Shown: in pieces, positions 17,101 to 28,159 of the stretch
How the letters are laid out: each line of letters begins with the position of its first letter
How positions within the stretch are numbered: the stretch's first letter is position 1
Origin: an uncultured Paraprevotella sp.
GTDB taxonomy: Bacteria; Bacteroidota; Bacteroidia; Bacteroidales; Bacteroidaceae
NCBI GenBank assembly: GCA_900770805.1
Contig: CAAGLP010000098.1
Location: 1-37,606, forward strand
Direction of reading: 5' to 3'
Length of the DNA: 37,606 bases
Notes under the pieces: model-generated
What the model saw: only the letters and a program-made list of their open reading frames with translations
Databases searched by the model: none
What the model was told of the DNA's origin: nothing
Position numbers and translations under genes: made by a program

Positions 17101-18177
17101 ATGAAAAACACGATTATGAGTAGCATGAATTATTGCCTGATTCTGGCCGGTGGCATAGGCCAGAGACTATGGCCCGTAAGCCGTAGTACCAAACCCAAGC
17201 AGTTCTTGGATTTGTCTGGAACAGGACGTACGATGCTTCAGCAGACTTACGACCGCGTATCGCGTTTTATAGATACCGACAATATATATATAAGTACTAA
17301 TGTGCAGTATCTCCCTTTAGTCTACGAACAGTTGCCTCAGGTGGATGATATGCATATATTGGAAGAGCCCCTCAGACGTGGTACTATGGCTTCTGTAGCA
17401 TGGGGAATGGCTATGATTACCAAGCGTGAGCCTAAGGCAAGAGTGTTGGTTACACCGTCTGACCAGATTATCCTTAACGAGGATGACTATGTCCGTGACA
17501 TGCTGGAAGGTTTGGAGTTCGTCGCCGAACAGGGTAGTATGCTGGTGATGGGTGTTAAGGCTACTCGTCCTGAAACGGGGTATGGTTACATACAAAAGGG
17601 CAATGAAACAAATGAAAAAGGTATCAGCAGGGTGAAGACTTTCTCGGAGAAGCCAGCCCGCGAGTTTGCCGAAATGTTTGTCCGTGATGGCGACTTCCTT
17701 TGGAATACGGGTTTGCAGGTCTTTCGTGCCGATGTTTTCTTGGATACGGTGTGTCGTATGGTGCCGGAGTATCAGATAGGTATTCCACGTATGATGTCGG
17801 ATGCCGAGAGCGATGATGCCAGATTGGTACCTGAAGTGTTCCAGATGCTGCCCAATCTCAGTTTGGCGGTAGGTATACTTGAGCGTGCCGAGAATGTGTG
17901 TGTGAAGGAATGTTCTTTTGGCTGGGCAGATATGGGAACGTGGACTTCCATTCATGATGATTTGCCATCAGATGCCAATGGAAATGTGCTGATGAATACC
18001 AAGGCCTATTTGTATGAATGCAGTGACAATGTTATACGTATGCCCAATGGTAAGACCGTAGTGATAAAGGGTCTGCATGACTATGTAGTGGTTGAGGAAG
18101 GGGACATACTGATGATATGTCCGCGCGAGGATGTGGCCACGATGCGTCGCATGCACACGGATACCAAGTTCACTTAA
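17101..18177 (+). CDS. manC: Mannose-1-phosphate guanylyltransferase (nucleotidyltransferase domain only, no PMI/cupin extension)
   Basis: N-terminal LILAGGIGQRLWPVSRSTKPKQFL sugar-nucleotidyltransferase motif. 358 aa. Confidence 0.8.
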   Translation: MKNTIMSSMNYCLILAGGIGQRLWPVSRSTKPKQFLDLSGTGRTMLQQTYDRVSRFIDTDNIYISTNVQYLPLVYEQLPQVDDMHILEEPLRRGTMASVAWGMAMITKREPKARVLVTPSDQIILNEDDYVRDMLEGLEFVAEQGSMLVMGVKATRPETGYGYIQKGNETNEKGISRVKTFSEKPAREFAEMFVRDGDFLWNTGLQVFRADVFLDTVCRMVPEYQIGIPRMMSDAESDDARLVPEVFQMLPNLSLAVGILERAENVCVKECSFGWADMGTWTSIHDDLPSDANGNVLMNTKAYLYECSDNVIRMPNGKTVVIKGLHDYVVVEEGDILMICPREDVATMRRMHTDTKFT

Positions 18178-18179
18178 GG

Positions 18180-18224
18180 CACAAGGCCGCGCCAGGGAAA
18201 ATCCTGGCGCGGCCTTGTGTTTTA
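18180..18224. terminator. Strong intrinsic terminator shared by the convergent manC-like and HIT/greA units
   Basis: Perfect 17-bp stem cacaaggccgcgccagg / cctggcgcggccttgtg with loop gaaaat, followed by tttt on the + strand. Confidence 0.85.
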
Positions 18225-18239
18225 TGTCTGCATCTTGTG

Positions 18240-18629
18240 TTAGAACTGTGCACGGATGCTCTCGGCAATCGCATTGAACTCCTCTGGGGTGAGTTCGAGA
18301 TGAGGATTTGTGAACCTCATGTCTGCCTCGCTCTGCATGGGTACAAGATGTATGTGTGCATGGGGAACTTCCAGGCCGAGAACGCACTGGCCCACCTTTA
18401 CGCAAGGGATAGCCTTGCGGATGGCTATAGCCACTTTCTTGGCGAATACCTGCAGACCGGCAATCTCCTCGTCGCTCAGGTCAAAGATATAGTCCACCTC
18501 GTGTTTGGGGATGACCAGCGTGTGGCCCTTTTGCAGAGGGTTGATGTCCAGGAAAGCGAAGTAGTTCTCGTCTTCGGCAATCTTATAGCAGGGTATCTCT
18601 CCTGCTACTATGCGTGAAAAGATACTCAT
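18240..18629 (-). CDS. HIT-family (histidine triad) nucleotide hydrolase
   Basis: 129 aa with the histidine triad HAHIHLVP. It lies 2 nt downstream of greA. Confidence 0.9.
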   Translation of the reverse strand: MSIFSRIVAGEIPCYKIAEDENYFAFLDINPLQKGHTLVIPKHEVDYIFDLSDEEIAGLQVFAKKVAIAIRKAIPCVKVGQCVLGLEVPHAHIHLVPMQSEADMRFTNPHLELTPEEFNAIAESIRAQF

Positions 18630-18631
18630 AA

Positions 18632-19102
18632 TCAGATGTCGTAACTAATGCTGGTTATTTCCAGCTGTATCTCACCTTGGGGTACGCGGATGGTTGCTGT
18701 GTCGCCAACCTTCTTGCCGAGCAAGCCCTGTGCGATGGGAGTTTCTACGCTGATTTTGCCGGCGCGATGATCAGCTTCGGTGGCACTGACGATGGTGTAC
18801 TTCATCTCCATGCCGTTTTTGGTATTCTTCAAACCCACGGTAGCCATAATCTGTACGGAACTGGTGTCCATGTGACGTGTGTCTATAATCTTGGCGTCCA
18901 ATATGGTTTGCTTCAGCAGTGCTATCTGGGTTTCCAGTTTGCTCTGCCATTCCTTTGCTGCATCGTATTCCGCGTTCTCGCTGAGGTCGCCCTTGTCGCG
19001 TGCCTCGGCTATTGCTGCACTGGCGGCGGGACGGTCCACGCTCTCCATGTGCTTGAGCTTTGCCACGAGATCGTCGTAGCCTTTTTGTGACATGTATGCC
19101 AT
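18632..19102 (-). CDS. greA: Transcription elongation factor GreA
   Basis: MAYMSQKGYDDLVAKLKHME... and GDLSENAEYDAAKE. Start chosen at 19102 (a typical GreA N-terminus) rather than 19150. Confidence 0.92.
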   Translation of the reverse strand: MAYMSQKGYDDLVAKLKHMESVDRPAASAAIAEARDKGDLSENAEYDAAKEWQSKLETQIALLKQTILDAKIIDTRHMDTSSVQIMATVGLKNTKNGMEMKYTIVSATEADHRAGKISVETPIAQGLLGKKVGDTATIRVPQGEIQLEITSISYDI

Positions 19103-19249
19103 GTTGTTGTATTTGTTTGTTTGGTTATTATTTACTTTAATTAGTCCCAATGAAGTGGTGCTTCCTTTTTGAAGACTGCAAAATAAAAGAATTCCAACCT
19201 TTCGGTCAGAACCCTTAATCTGTGTCGGTTTGTCTTCTCAATTGCGATG

Positions 19250-19257
19250 CAAAGGTA
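19250..19257 (-). promoter_or_regulatory. -7 promoter box (TACCTTTG on the minus strand) for greA-HIT
   Basis: caaaggta on the + strand. It is the only TAnnTTTG match I found upstream of greA and implies a leader of about 140 nt. Confidence 0.35.
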
Positions 19258-19363
19258 TAACATTATAGTGAATAAACAATCATTATGCACGTAAATTGTT
19301 CACTTTTGACTTTTTTTAAGGAATTGTTCTATATTATATAATAAGGTATATGGTTCTTTTTTG

Positions 19364-19371
19364 TATCTTTG
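19364..19371 (+). promoter_or_regulatory. -7 promoter box TATCTTTG for pnp
   Basis: Exact TAnnTTTG match within GTATCTTTGCA, 44 nt upstream of the ATG at 19415. Confidence 0.5.
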
Positions 19372-19414
19372 CATGAAGATAGACGTTTTTTATACACACA
19401 ATCGAAACAAGAAG

Positions 19415-21709
19415 ATGAATGTAATTACAAAGACTGTCTCTTTGCCTGATGGACGTACCATTAGCATCGAGACTGGAAAGTTGGCCAAACAAGCCGATGG
19501 TGCCGTGATGTTGCGTATGAACAACACCGTGCTCCTGGCCACTGTTTGCGGTGCCAAGGATGCTGTTCCTGGCACAGATTTTATGCCTTTGCAGGTAGAG
19601 TACCGTGAGAAGTACAGTGCAGCCGGCCGTTTCCCCGGTGGTTTCACAAAGCGTGAGGGTAAGGCAAATGACGACGAGATTTTGACTTGTCGTTTGGTAG
19701 ACCGTGCTCTGCGTCCTCTGTTCCCCAGCGATTACCATGCCGAGGTTTATGTTAATGTGATTCTCTACTCTGCTGATGGCGTGGATATGCCCGATGCTTT
19801 GGCCGGTTTTGCTGCCAGTGCCGCATTGTGTTGCAGCGACATTCCCTTTGAGGGTCCCATCAGTGAGGTGCGTGTAGCCCGTATAAACGGCGAATATGTC
19901 ATCAACCCCACCTTTGCTCAGTTGGAGAAGGCCGACATGGATCTCATGGTAGGTGCTACCGAGGAGAATATCATGATGGTTGAGGGTGAGATGAAGGAGG
20001 TGAGCGAGCAGGATCTGCTCGGCGCACTGAAGGCTGCTCACGAGGCTATCAAGCCCATGTGTCAGTTGCAGAAGGAACTGGCCAAGGAGCTCGGTACCGA
20101 CGTTAAGCGTGAGTATTGTCACGAGGTTAACGACGAGGATTTGCGCGAGCAGGTTAAGGCCGAGTGCTATCAGCCCGCTTACGACGTTACAAAGCAGGCG
20201 TTGGAGAAGCACGCACGTGCTGAGGCTTTCGAGAAGATTCGCGAGGACTTCAAGTTGGAGTATGCTGCTGCTCATACCGAGTTGACTGACGATGAGCTGG
20301 CTGAGAAGAACGCTCTGATAGACCGTTACTACCACGATGTAGAGAAGGACGCAATGCGTCGTTGTATCCTGGATGAAGGTATCCGTCTGGATGGTCGTAA
20401 GACCACAGATATCCGCCCCATTTGGTGCGAGGTTGATGCTCTGCCCATGCCTCATGGTAGCGCAATCTTTACCCGTGGCGAGACTCAGTCTTTGAGTACA
20501 ACTACTCTGGGTACAAAGCTTGATGAGAAGATGGTGGACAATGTATTGGATAAGAGCTACATGCGTTTCCTCTTGCACTACAACTTCCCTCCCTTCTCTA
20601 CAGGTGAGGCCAAGGCACAGCGTGGTGTTGGCCGTCGTGAAATCGGTCATGGTCATTTGGCATGGCGCGGTTTGAAGGGTCAGATTCCTGCAGATTATCC
20701 CTATACTGTTCGTGTTGTAAGTGACATACTCGAGAGTAATGGTTCAAGCTCTATGGCTACCGTATGTGCCGGATGTCTGTCTTTGATGGATGCCGGTGTG
20801 CCCATCAAGGCTCCCGTTAGCGGTATTGCTATGGGTCTGATTAAGAACCCTGGTGAGGATAAGTACGCAGTGCTGTCTGACATCCTTGGTGATGAGGATC
20901 ACTTGGGCGATATGGACTTCAAGACAACAGGTACTCCCAATGGTCTTACCGCAACACAGATGGATATCAAGTGCGACGGTCTCTCATATGAGATTCTGGA
21001 GCAGGCTTTGATGCAGGCTAAGGCTGGTCGTGAGCATATCTTGGGTGAGATGATGAAGACATTGTCTGAACCTCGTGCCGAGTTGAAGCCCCACGTGCCA
21101 CGCATCGAGCAGATTATTATTCCTAAGGAGTTTATTGGTGCTGTTATCGGTCCTGGTGGCAAGATAATTCAGGGCATGCAGGAGGAGACCGGTGCTGTTA
21201 TTACCATTGACGAGGAAGATGGTGTAGGCAAGGTGCAAGTATCTGGTTCCAGCAAGGCTGTTATTGATGCTGCCATGAGTAAGATTAAGGCTATCGTAGC
21301 AGTTCCTGAGATTGGTGAGGTTTACGAGGGTACCGTTCGTTCGGTAATGCCTTATGGCTGCTTCGTAGAGTTCATGCCTGGTAAGGATGGTTTGCTTCAC
21401 ATCAGTGAGATTGACTGGAAGCGTTTGGAGACAGTGGAAGAAGCTGGTATCAAGGAGGGTGACAAGTTGCAGGTGAAACTCCTGGAGATTGATCCCAAGA
21501 CTGGTAAGTTTAAGCTTTCACGCCGTGTTCTCATCGAGAAGCCCGAGGGTTATGTTGAGCGCGAGCGTCGTCCCCGTCCCGAGCGCCCCGAACGTCCTAT
21601 GCGTGGCGACCGCCCCATGCGTGGTGAAAGAGGTGAACGTGGCGAGCGTCGTCCCCGTCCCAACTTCGGAAATCACGAGAACGCTGAGAACAACGAAGGC
21701 GCAGAGTAA
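19415..21709 (+). CDS. pnp: Polyribonucleotide nucleotidyltransferase (PNPase) with an Arg-rich C-terminal extension
   Basis: Two RNase PH domains ([15 protein letters not shown]), a KH domain (IGPGGK) and an S1 domain ([19 protein letters not shown]). Start at [14 protein letters not shown] (19415). Confidence 0.95.
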   Translation: MNVITKTVSLPDGRTISIETGKLAKQADGAVMLRMNNTVLLATVCGAKDAVPGTDFMPLQVEYREKYSAAGRFPGGFTKREGKANDDEILTCRLVDRALRPLFPSDYHAEVYVNVILYSADGVDMPDALAGFAASAALCCSDIPFEGPISEVRVARINGEYVINPTFAQLEKADMDLMVGATEENIMMVEGEMKEVSEQDLLGALKAAHEAIKPMCQLQKELAKELGTDVKREYCHEVNDEDLREQVKAECYQPAYDVTKQALEKHARAEAFEKIREDFKLEYAAAHTELTDDELAEKNALIDRYYHDVEKDAMRRCILDEGIRLDGRKTTDIRPIWCEVDALPMPHGSAIFTRGETQSLSTTTLGTKLDEKMVDNVLDKSYMRFLLHYNFPPFSTGEAKAQRGVGRREIGHGHLAWRGLKGQIPADYPYTVRVVSDILESNGSSSMATVCAGCLSLMDAGVPIKAPVSGIAMGLIKNPGEDKYAVLSDILGDEDHLGDMDFKTTGTPNGLTATQMDIKCDGLSYEILEQALMQAKAGREHILGEMMKTLSEPRAELKPHVPRIEQIIIPKEFIGAVIGPGGKIIQGMQEETGAVITIDEEDGVGKVQVSGSSKAVIDAAMSKIKAIVAVPEIGEVYEGTVRSVMPYGCFVEFMPGKDGLLHISEIDWKRLETVEEAGIKEGDKLQVKLLEIDPKTGKFKLSRRVLIEKPEGYVERERRPRPERPERPMRGDRPMRGERGERGERRPRPNFGNHENAENNEGAE

Positions 21710-21759
21710 TTAGCTACTTTCCTGATCTTTTAATCTTACAAGTACAGGAATATAATATG

Positions 21760-21799
21760 AACTTGGGTTGGCATATAAAGCCGGCCCAAGTTTTTTTTA
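21760..21799 (+). terminator. Intrinsic terminator of pnp
   Basis: aacttggg...cccaagtt stem with inner ggc/gcc pairs, followed by a run of eight T. Confidence 0.8.
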
Positions 21800-21831
21800 C
21801 GCCCTCATGAAGGGTGTGCTTTTGCATCCCC

Positions 21832-21928
21832 GGAGAACGCACTTTTGTTGTCCTGGAGGACGCGTCCTTGTTCTCATTGAGGACACGCCCTTGTTGTCCT
21901 GGAGAACAAAGCCTTGTTGTCGGGGAAC
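21832..21928. repeat. Degenerate tandem repeat, 4 full units of 22-24 nt plus a partial fifth, consensus GGAGRAC-N(7-9)-CTTGTTGTCCT
   Basis: Units are 21832-21854, 21855-21878, 21879-21900 and 21901-21923, and a fifth GGGGAAC starts at 21922. The unit junctions form imperfect palindromes (GTTGTCC-T-GGAGAAC). Unit 2 contains the perfect palindrome GGACGCGTCC. Confidence 0.7.
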
Positions 21929-21960
21929 TTATTTTGACCTTTTAGATACTATGATAAAAG

Positions 21961-22003
21961 GAGCGAGGCAGATAGATGCATGTGCGTTCTATCTGCCTCG
22001 CTC
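21961..22003. terminator. Hairpin terminator downstream of gyrB (usable on both strands)
   Basis: Perfect 16-bp stem gagcgaggcagataga / tctatctgcctcgctc with an 11-nt loop. Flanks are T-rich on both strands. Confidence 0.8.
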
Positions 22004-22034
22004 TTGTATTGTCTTTGTTGTTGTAAATGTCGCT

Positions 22035-24026
<1,992 letters not shown>

Positions 24027-24040
24027 CTATTATACGGGTA

Positions 24041-24048
24041 CAAAGATA
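24041..24048 (-). promoter_or_regulatory. -7 promoter box (TATCTTTG on the minus strand) for gyrB
   Basis: caaagata on the + strand, 27 nt upstream of the ATG at 24014. Confidence 0.5.
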
Positions 24049-24143
24049 CAAAAAAAAGGTGAGAATCTGAATGTTATACGCAGACTTTTTTAGACTCTTT
24101 TGGTGATAAAAATCAGGCGGCGTGCAAGGTACAGAATACAGAA

Positions 24144-24169
24144 AACGGCCTCCTTCGCAGGAAGCCGTT
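24144..24169 (-). terminator. Intrinsic terminator of rpsT
   Basis: Stem aacggcctcc / ggaagccgtt with one G-T pair and loop ttcgca. T-rich tracts follow on both strands. Confidence 0.65.
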
Positions 24170-24204
24170 ATATTTTTCTGTCTTTCTAAGAGAATCTCGA
24201 TAGA

Positions 24205-24459
24205 TTAACCCAACTTCTGGATGTGATGAGTCAACTTGCTCTTCAGATTAGAAGCCTTGTTCTTGTGGATTACGTTAATCTTAGCCAACTTGTCCAAAGC
24301 CTTCTGAACGCTGGGGTACATCTCGATAGCTGCAGCCTTGTCTGTGGTAGCACGCAACTTGCGTACAGCATTACGCATGGTCTTGGCGTAATATCTGTTG
24401 TGGAGTCTTCTCTTCTGCTCCTGACGGATTCTCTTTAAAGATGACTTGTGGTTTGCCAT
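24205..24459 (-). CDS. rpsT: 30S ribosomal protein S20
   Basis: 84-aa basic protein, [22 protein letters not shown]... Confidence 0.93.
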   Translation of the reverse strand: MANHKSSLKRIRQEQKRRLHNRYYAKTMRNAVRKLRATTDKAAAIEMYPSVQKALDKLAKINVIHKNKASNLKSKLTHHIQKLG

Positions 24460-24491
24460 GTCTTACTTAATCTATTTCTTTTTTACTTATG

Positions 24492-24563
24492 TAGTCCCTA
24501 GGAGAGTCGAACTCCTCTTTAGAGAATGAAAATCTCTCGTCCTAACCGATAGACGAAGGGACC
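24492..24563 (-). tRNA. tRNA-Glu (anticodon UUC)
   Basis: I folded the cloverleaf by hand. Acceptor GGTCCCT/AGGGACT (G1-U72 wobble), D stem GTCT/GGAC, anticodon stem AGAGA/TCTCT with loop TTTTCAT, T stem AGGAG/CTCCT with loop TTCGACT, discriminator A. No CCA is encoded. Confidence 0.85.
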
Positions 24564-24617
24564 TTACCTTCGGCTTTTATGCCAGTGCTTAAACGGCGTT
24601 GTTGCGTTTTTGCGGTG

Positions 24618-24625
24618 CAAAGGTA
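24618..24625 (-). promoter_or_regulatory. -7 promoter box (TACCTTTG on the minus strand) upstream of tRNA-Glu and possibly rpsT
   Basis: caaaggta on the + strand, about 55 nt upstream of the tRNA 5' end. Confidence 0.4.
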
Positions 24626-24750
24626 CGCCTAATCTTTGAATTGACAAAATATTTTAGAAAAAAAATGCGTCTAATGCCGTAATTTTTATGTTTTTGCCTC
24701 GCTTTAAAGCTAATTTGGGTAAATTCGCATGATTAATTTGATACGAGAGC

Positions 24751-25473
24751 ATGCAAACGACAAAAGGTATAGTATTGAGGGTAATTCGCTATAGTGACAG
24801 CCGTATTATAGTTACTCTTTTTACAGAGCATTATGGTATGTTGTCTGCTGGTGTCAGGTTAGTACGTGGAGGACGTTCAGGAGGGAGAAGTGCCTTGTGG
24901 CAGGTACTTAATGTTGTGGAGATGAGTGTGGATTATCGTCCGGCTAACGAGTTACAGAAAATTTCCGATGTTTCCATTGCTGTTCCTTGGATGGAGTTGC
25001 CGTATAATCCGGTTAAAGCATCTATATCAATGTTCCTGGGTGATTTTCTTTACCATAGTCTTAGGGGCGAGGGTGAGAATCCGGCATTGTTCTCTTTTCT
25101 ATACAATTCGCTACATTGGCTGGATGAGGCCAATGGAAATGTTGCCAACTTTCATCTGTTGCTAATGATAAGGATGACCAGATTTCTGGGAATATGGCCG
25201 AGTATGGCTGGGTATGGCCGGAATATGGTCTACGACATGAAGAATGCTTGTTTCGCGTCAGTTCTACCTGTGCATGGTCAGTATCTTGAGGCGAAGTATG
25301 CCAGATGGATACCCTTGTTGTTGGAGATGGACTATTCCAGGATGCACAGATTAAGAATGACAAGAGAAGAACGATGGCACATGCTGGAGGTACTGTTGCA
25401 GTACTATCATTTGCATGTGCCATCGTTCGGTGAGTTGCAGAGTGTGGAGATTCTGCGGGAGCTGTTCTCTTGA
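24751..25473 (+). CDS. recO: DNA repair protein RecO
   Basis: 240 aa. The N-terminal OB-fold-like stretch TKGIVLRVIRYSDSRIIVTLFTEHYG and the overall length fit RecO. Confidence 0.8.
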   Translation: MQTTKGIVLRVIRYSDSRIIVTLFTEHYGMLSAGVRLVRGGRSGGRSALWQVLNVVEMSVDYRPANELQKISDVSIAVPWMELPYNPVKASISMFLGDFLYHSLRGEGENPALFSFLYNSLHWLDEANGNVANFHLLLMIRMTRFLGIWPSMAGYGRNMVYDMKNACFASVLPVHGQYLEAKYARWIPLLLEMDYSRMHRLRMTREERWHMLEVLLQYYHLHVPSFGELQSVEILRELFS

Positions 25474-25478
25474 CAGTC

Positions 25479-26741
25479 TTATCCGATGCAGTCGTTTTTC
25501 AGACGGTTCAAGTCTTCCTTGCTGCGGCGGCAGGTAGGTGTGGCATCAACTCTTGAGATGATGTCGTCGTTGTCCATGTTGTCTGCCGAGTAGATGAAGA
25601 TATTGTGGTGGCGACGCTTGTTGACTTTGTTTCCGTCCTGATAGTATTGGTTTCTCCTTTCCTCGTTATTCTCTATGCGCTCCTGGTCTTCCTGACTAAT
25701 CTTGTATATCTTGGCTTCCTGGTGGTTGTTCATTTCATTTATGCTCTGCAGACCGAAACCAGTAGCAAGCAAGGTGATTTTTACTTTACTGCCAAGTGTG
25801 GAGTCGGTGGCCAAGCCCCATTTTGTCTCCACATCGTGACGGAACTTACCCATGAAGTCGTGGATCTCATTCATCTCTTCCATCATGAGGGAACTATGCT
25901 CATCGTCGGCGCAGAAATTGATGTTGAGCAGTACCTTCTTGGAGTTGAAGATATCGTTGTGGTTCAGCAACGGTGATTTCAGAGCCTCGTCCAAAGCCTT
26001 TGTGACACGATTTTCGCCTTCACCGTAACCGGTACTCATTATGGCAACACCACCATCTTTCAATACAGTTGTGACGTCCTCGAAGTCCAGGTTCATGATA
26101 CCATGCATGGTGATGATTTCCGCAATGCTCTTGGCTGCCACGGTCAGAGTGTCATCAGCCTTGGCGAATGCATTGATGACGGTGAGTTCGGTGTAGATTT
26201 CGCGCAGACGCTCGTTGTTGATGACAAGTAGGGCGTCGACATGCTTGGAGATTTCTTCTACACCATCCAGTGCCTGGTCTATCTTTTTCTTGCCTTCAAA
26301 CTTGAAGGGGATAGTAACGATGCCTACGGTGAGTATGCCGGCCTCCTTAGCACAGCGTGCAATGATGGGTGCAGCGCCTGTACCTGTACCACCACCCATA
26401 CCTGCAGTGATGAAGACCATGCGAGTTCCGTCGTTGAGCATTTCTTTAATGGCGTCAATACTCTCTTCCGCTGCGCAACGAGCTTTCTCGGGACGGTTAC
26501 CCGCTCCCAGGCCATCGCTACCCAACTGGAGATGGTTAGGCACGGCAGAGTCGTCAAGCGCTTTCTTGTCAGTATTGCAAACTACGTAGGAAACGTCGTG
26601 TATGCCTTCGCGGTACATGTGATTGACGGCATTGCCACCACCGCCTCCCACACCAATTACCTTGATGATGCAGTTGTTTGTTTTTGGAAGGTCGACGATA
26701 GGAAGTCCCATGTCGAAATTGATATCTTGCTGGTAGTCCAT
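25479..26741 (-). CDS. ftsZ: Cell division protein FtsZ
   Basis: GVGGGGGNAVNHM and the tubulin signature GMGGGTGTGAAP. Last gene of the dcw cluster. Confidence 0.96.
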   Translation of the reverse strand: MDYQQDINFDMGLPIVDLPKTNNCIIKVIGVGGGGGNAVNHMYREGIHDVSYVVCNTDKKALDDSAVPNHLQLGSDGLGAGNRPEKARCAAEESIDAIKEMLNDGTRMVFITAGMGGGTGTGAAPIIARCAKEAGILTVGIVTIPFKFEGKKKIDQALDGVEEISKHVDALLVINNERLREIYTELTVINAFAKADDTLTVAAKSIAEIITMHGIMNLDFEDVTTVLKDGGVAIMSTGYGEGENRVTKALDEALKSPLLNHNDIFNSKKVLLNINFCADDEHSSLMMEEMNEIHDFMGKFRHDVETKWGLATDSTLGSKVKITLLATGFGLQSINEMNNHQEAKIYKISQEDQERIENNEERRNQYYQDGNKVNKRRHHNIFIYSADNMDNDDIISRVDATPTCRRSKEDLNRLKNDCIG

Positions 26742-26768
26742 AATAGTGATTGCTTAGATAGTGTTTTG

Positions 26769-28145
26769 TTATTCTTCGTCAGTGACGGCGTCCTTAATGA
26801 TCTGCCAGAAAGAACGCTTTTTCTTTTTCTGCTCTTGTTCCTCCTCCTGAGCGTTTTCCTCTTCTTCTACATGGGTGGTGGAGAGGTTGTCCTGCTTCTC
26901 AGTATCTTGTGTTGTGTCGGGAGTTTGCTTCTTGTCTTCTTCCGTTGGGGCATCTGAATTGTTGTCTTTATCCGATTCAGGTTGGAAGGTGACGCAGTTC
27001 TGGTCGCCGTGCAACAATAGTGAAATGATGTTGTTGATGCGACCGTTGTCTGGAACATATATGGTAGTTGTCATGCAGACGTCCGCCTGCATGCCTTTTA
27101 CAATGCGTATCTGCTTATCTCTCTTATTAACCTGTTTGAAGGCTTCGCTAAGGGAAGCAATCTGTGCACCTCCACCGGTGAAAATTATACCAGACGTTAA
27201 CTTTTCACTATCTTCTTCAAGTTGTGCCCATACGTTGTGGAGTATTTCCTCGTATCTTGCTTCTATGATTTCGCAAAGGCGGCTTTCGTTGGTCTCTCTG
27301 CCGTGTGACAGTTGCAAGACTTTGTTCTGGATACCTTCGTAGTCTTCATACCAGGCATGTCCGTATTTAATCTTCAGACTCTCTGCCTCTTCAACTTCTA
27401 TTTTGAGGCAATGGGCTATATCCATGGTAGCATTGTGGGAACCCATAGGGATAACCACCAACTTGCGCAGAATATTGTTGGAGTATATGCTGACTGTTGT
27501 GGTATCTGCACCTAAATCCACCAATGCGCAACCGGAACGCTTTTCGCTGGCACTTAATATGGAATCGCCAAGAGCGAGTGGGGTGATAAGCAGTTCGGCA
27601 ATCTCGTAACCGGCACTATTAACACAATTCTCAATGTTCTCTGCCAGAGAGTTACGTGCGATGATGTTCAGGAAGTTGGCTTCCAACTGCTCAACCTGCA
27701 TGCCAACGATATCGGTGTCGGGAACAGCTCTGTTGCCAACCTTGTACTCCTGAGGTATTACCTCCAGAATTTCAGAGTTGGTATAGACCACACCACGGTT
27801 TGTGTCCATAAGTTGGTCAATAAGTCCATTGGAAATCTGTGTTTTCTCGGTGAAGGCACGCTGGATATGGTTGTGCACCGAATGGAGTGATTGACCACTC
27901 AGACCTACATAAATGCGTGAGATGGTTTGCCCGAGCTGCAAGCCAATCTGTCCCAGTACGCGTGAGATGGCTTGTGTAGTCTTGTCGATGTTGTCGATGA
28001 TGCCTTTGCGAATGCAGTTTGCTGCATTCTCCTCGGCAAAGGCGAGAACTTGCATTGTCCCGTCGGGCATGCGTTGTCCTGCAATAGCACGGATGGAAGT
28101 TGTCGCCAGTTCCAATGCTACGATGATGTCCTTGTCTGCTGCCAT
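26769..28145 (-). CDS. ftsA: Cell division protein FtsA
   Basis: Actin/HSP70-like fold motifs (VALELATTSIRA, LVDLGADTTTVSIY, IIFTGGGAQ). Acidic linker and a terminal amphipathic segment RSFWQIIKDAV. Located between ftsQ and ftsZ. Confidence 0.92.
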   Translation of the reverse strand: MAADKDIIVALELATTSIRAIAGQRMPDGTMQVLAFAEENAANCIRKGIIDNIDKTTQAISRVLGQIGLQLGQTISRIYVGLSGQSLHSVHNHIQRAFTEKTQISNGLIDQLMDTNRGVVYTNSEILEVIPQEYKVGNRAVPDTDIVGMQVEQLEANFLNIIARNSLAENIENCVNSAGYEIAELLITPLALGDSILSASEKRSGCALVDLGADTTTVSIYSNNILRKLVVIPMGSHNATMDIAHCLKIEVEEAESLKIKYGHAWYEDYEGIQNKVLQLSHGRETNESRLCEIIEARYEEILHNVWAQLEEDSEKLTSGIIFTGGGAQIASLSEAFKQVNKRDKQIRIVKGMQADVCMTTTIYVPDNGRINNIISLLLHGDQNCVTFQPESDKDNNSDAPTEEDKKQTPDTTQDTEKQDNLSTTHVEEEENAQEEEQEQKKKKRSFWQIIKDAVTDEE

Positions 28146-28159
28146 AGTATATAGTGTCT

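Noticed and set aside
19334-20656. A 440-aa ORF antisense to pnp, and a 238-aa ORF (26241..26957) antisense to ftsZ/ftsA.
   Set aside because: These are shadow ORFs opposite highly conserved genes, with no motifs, promoter box or independent support.
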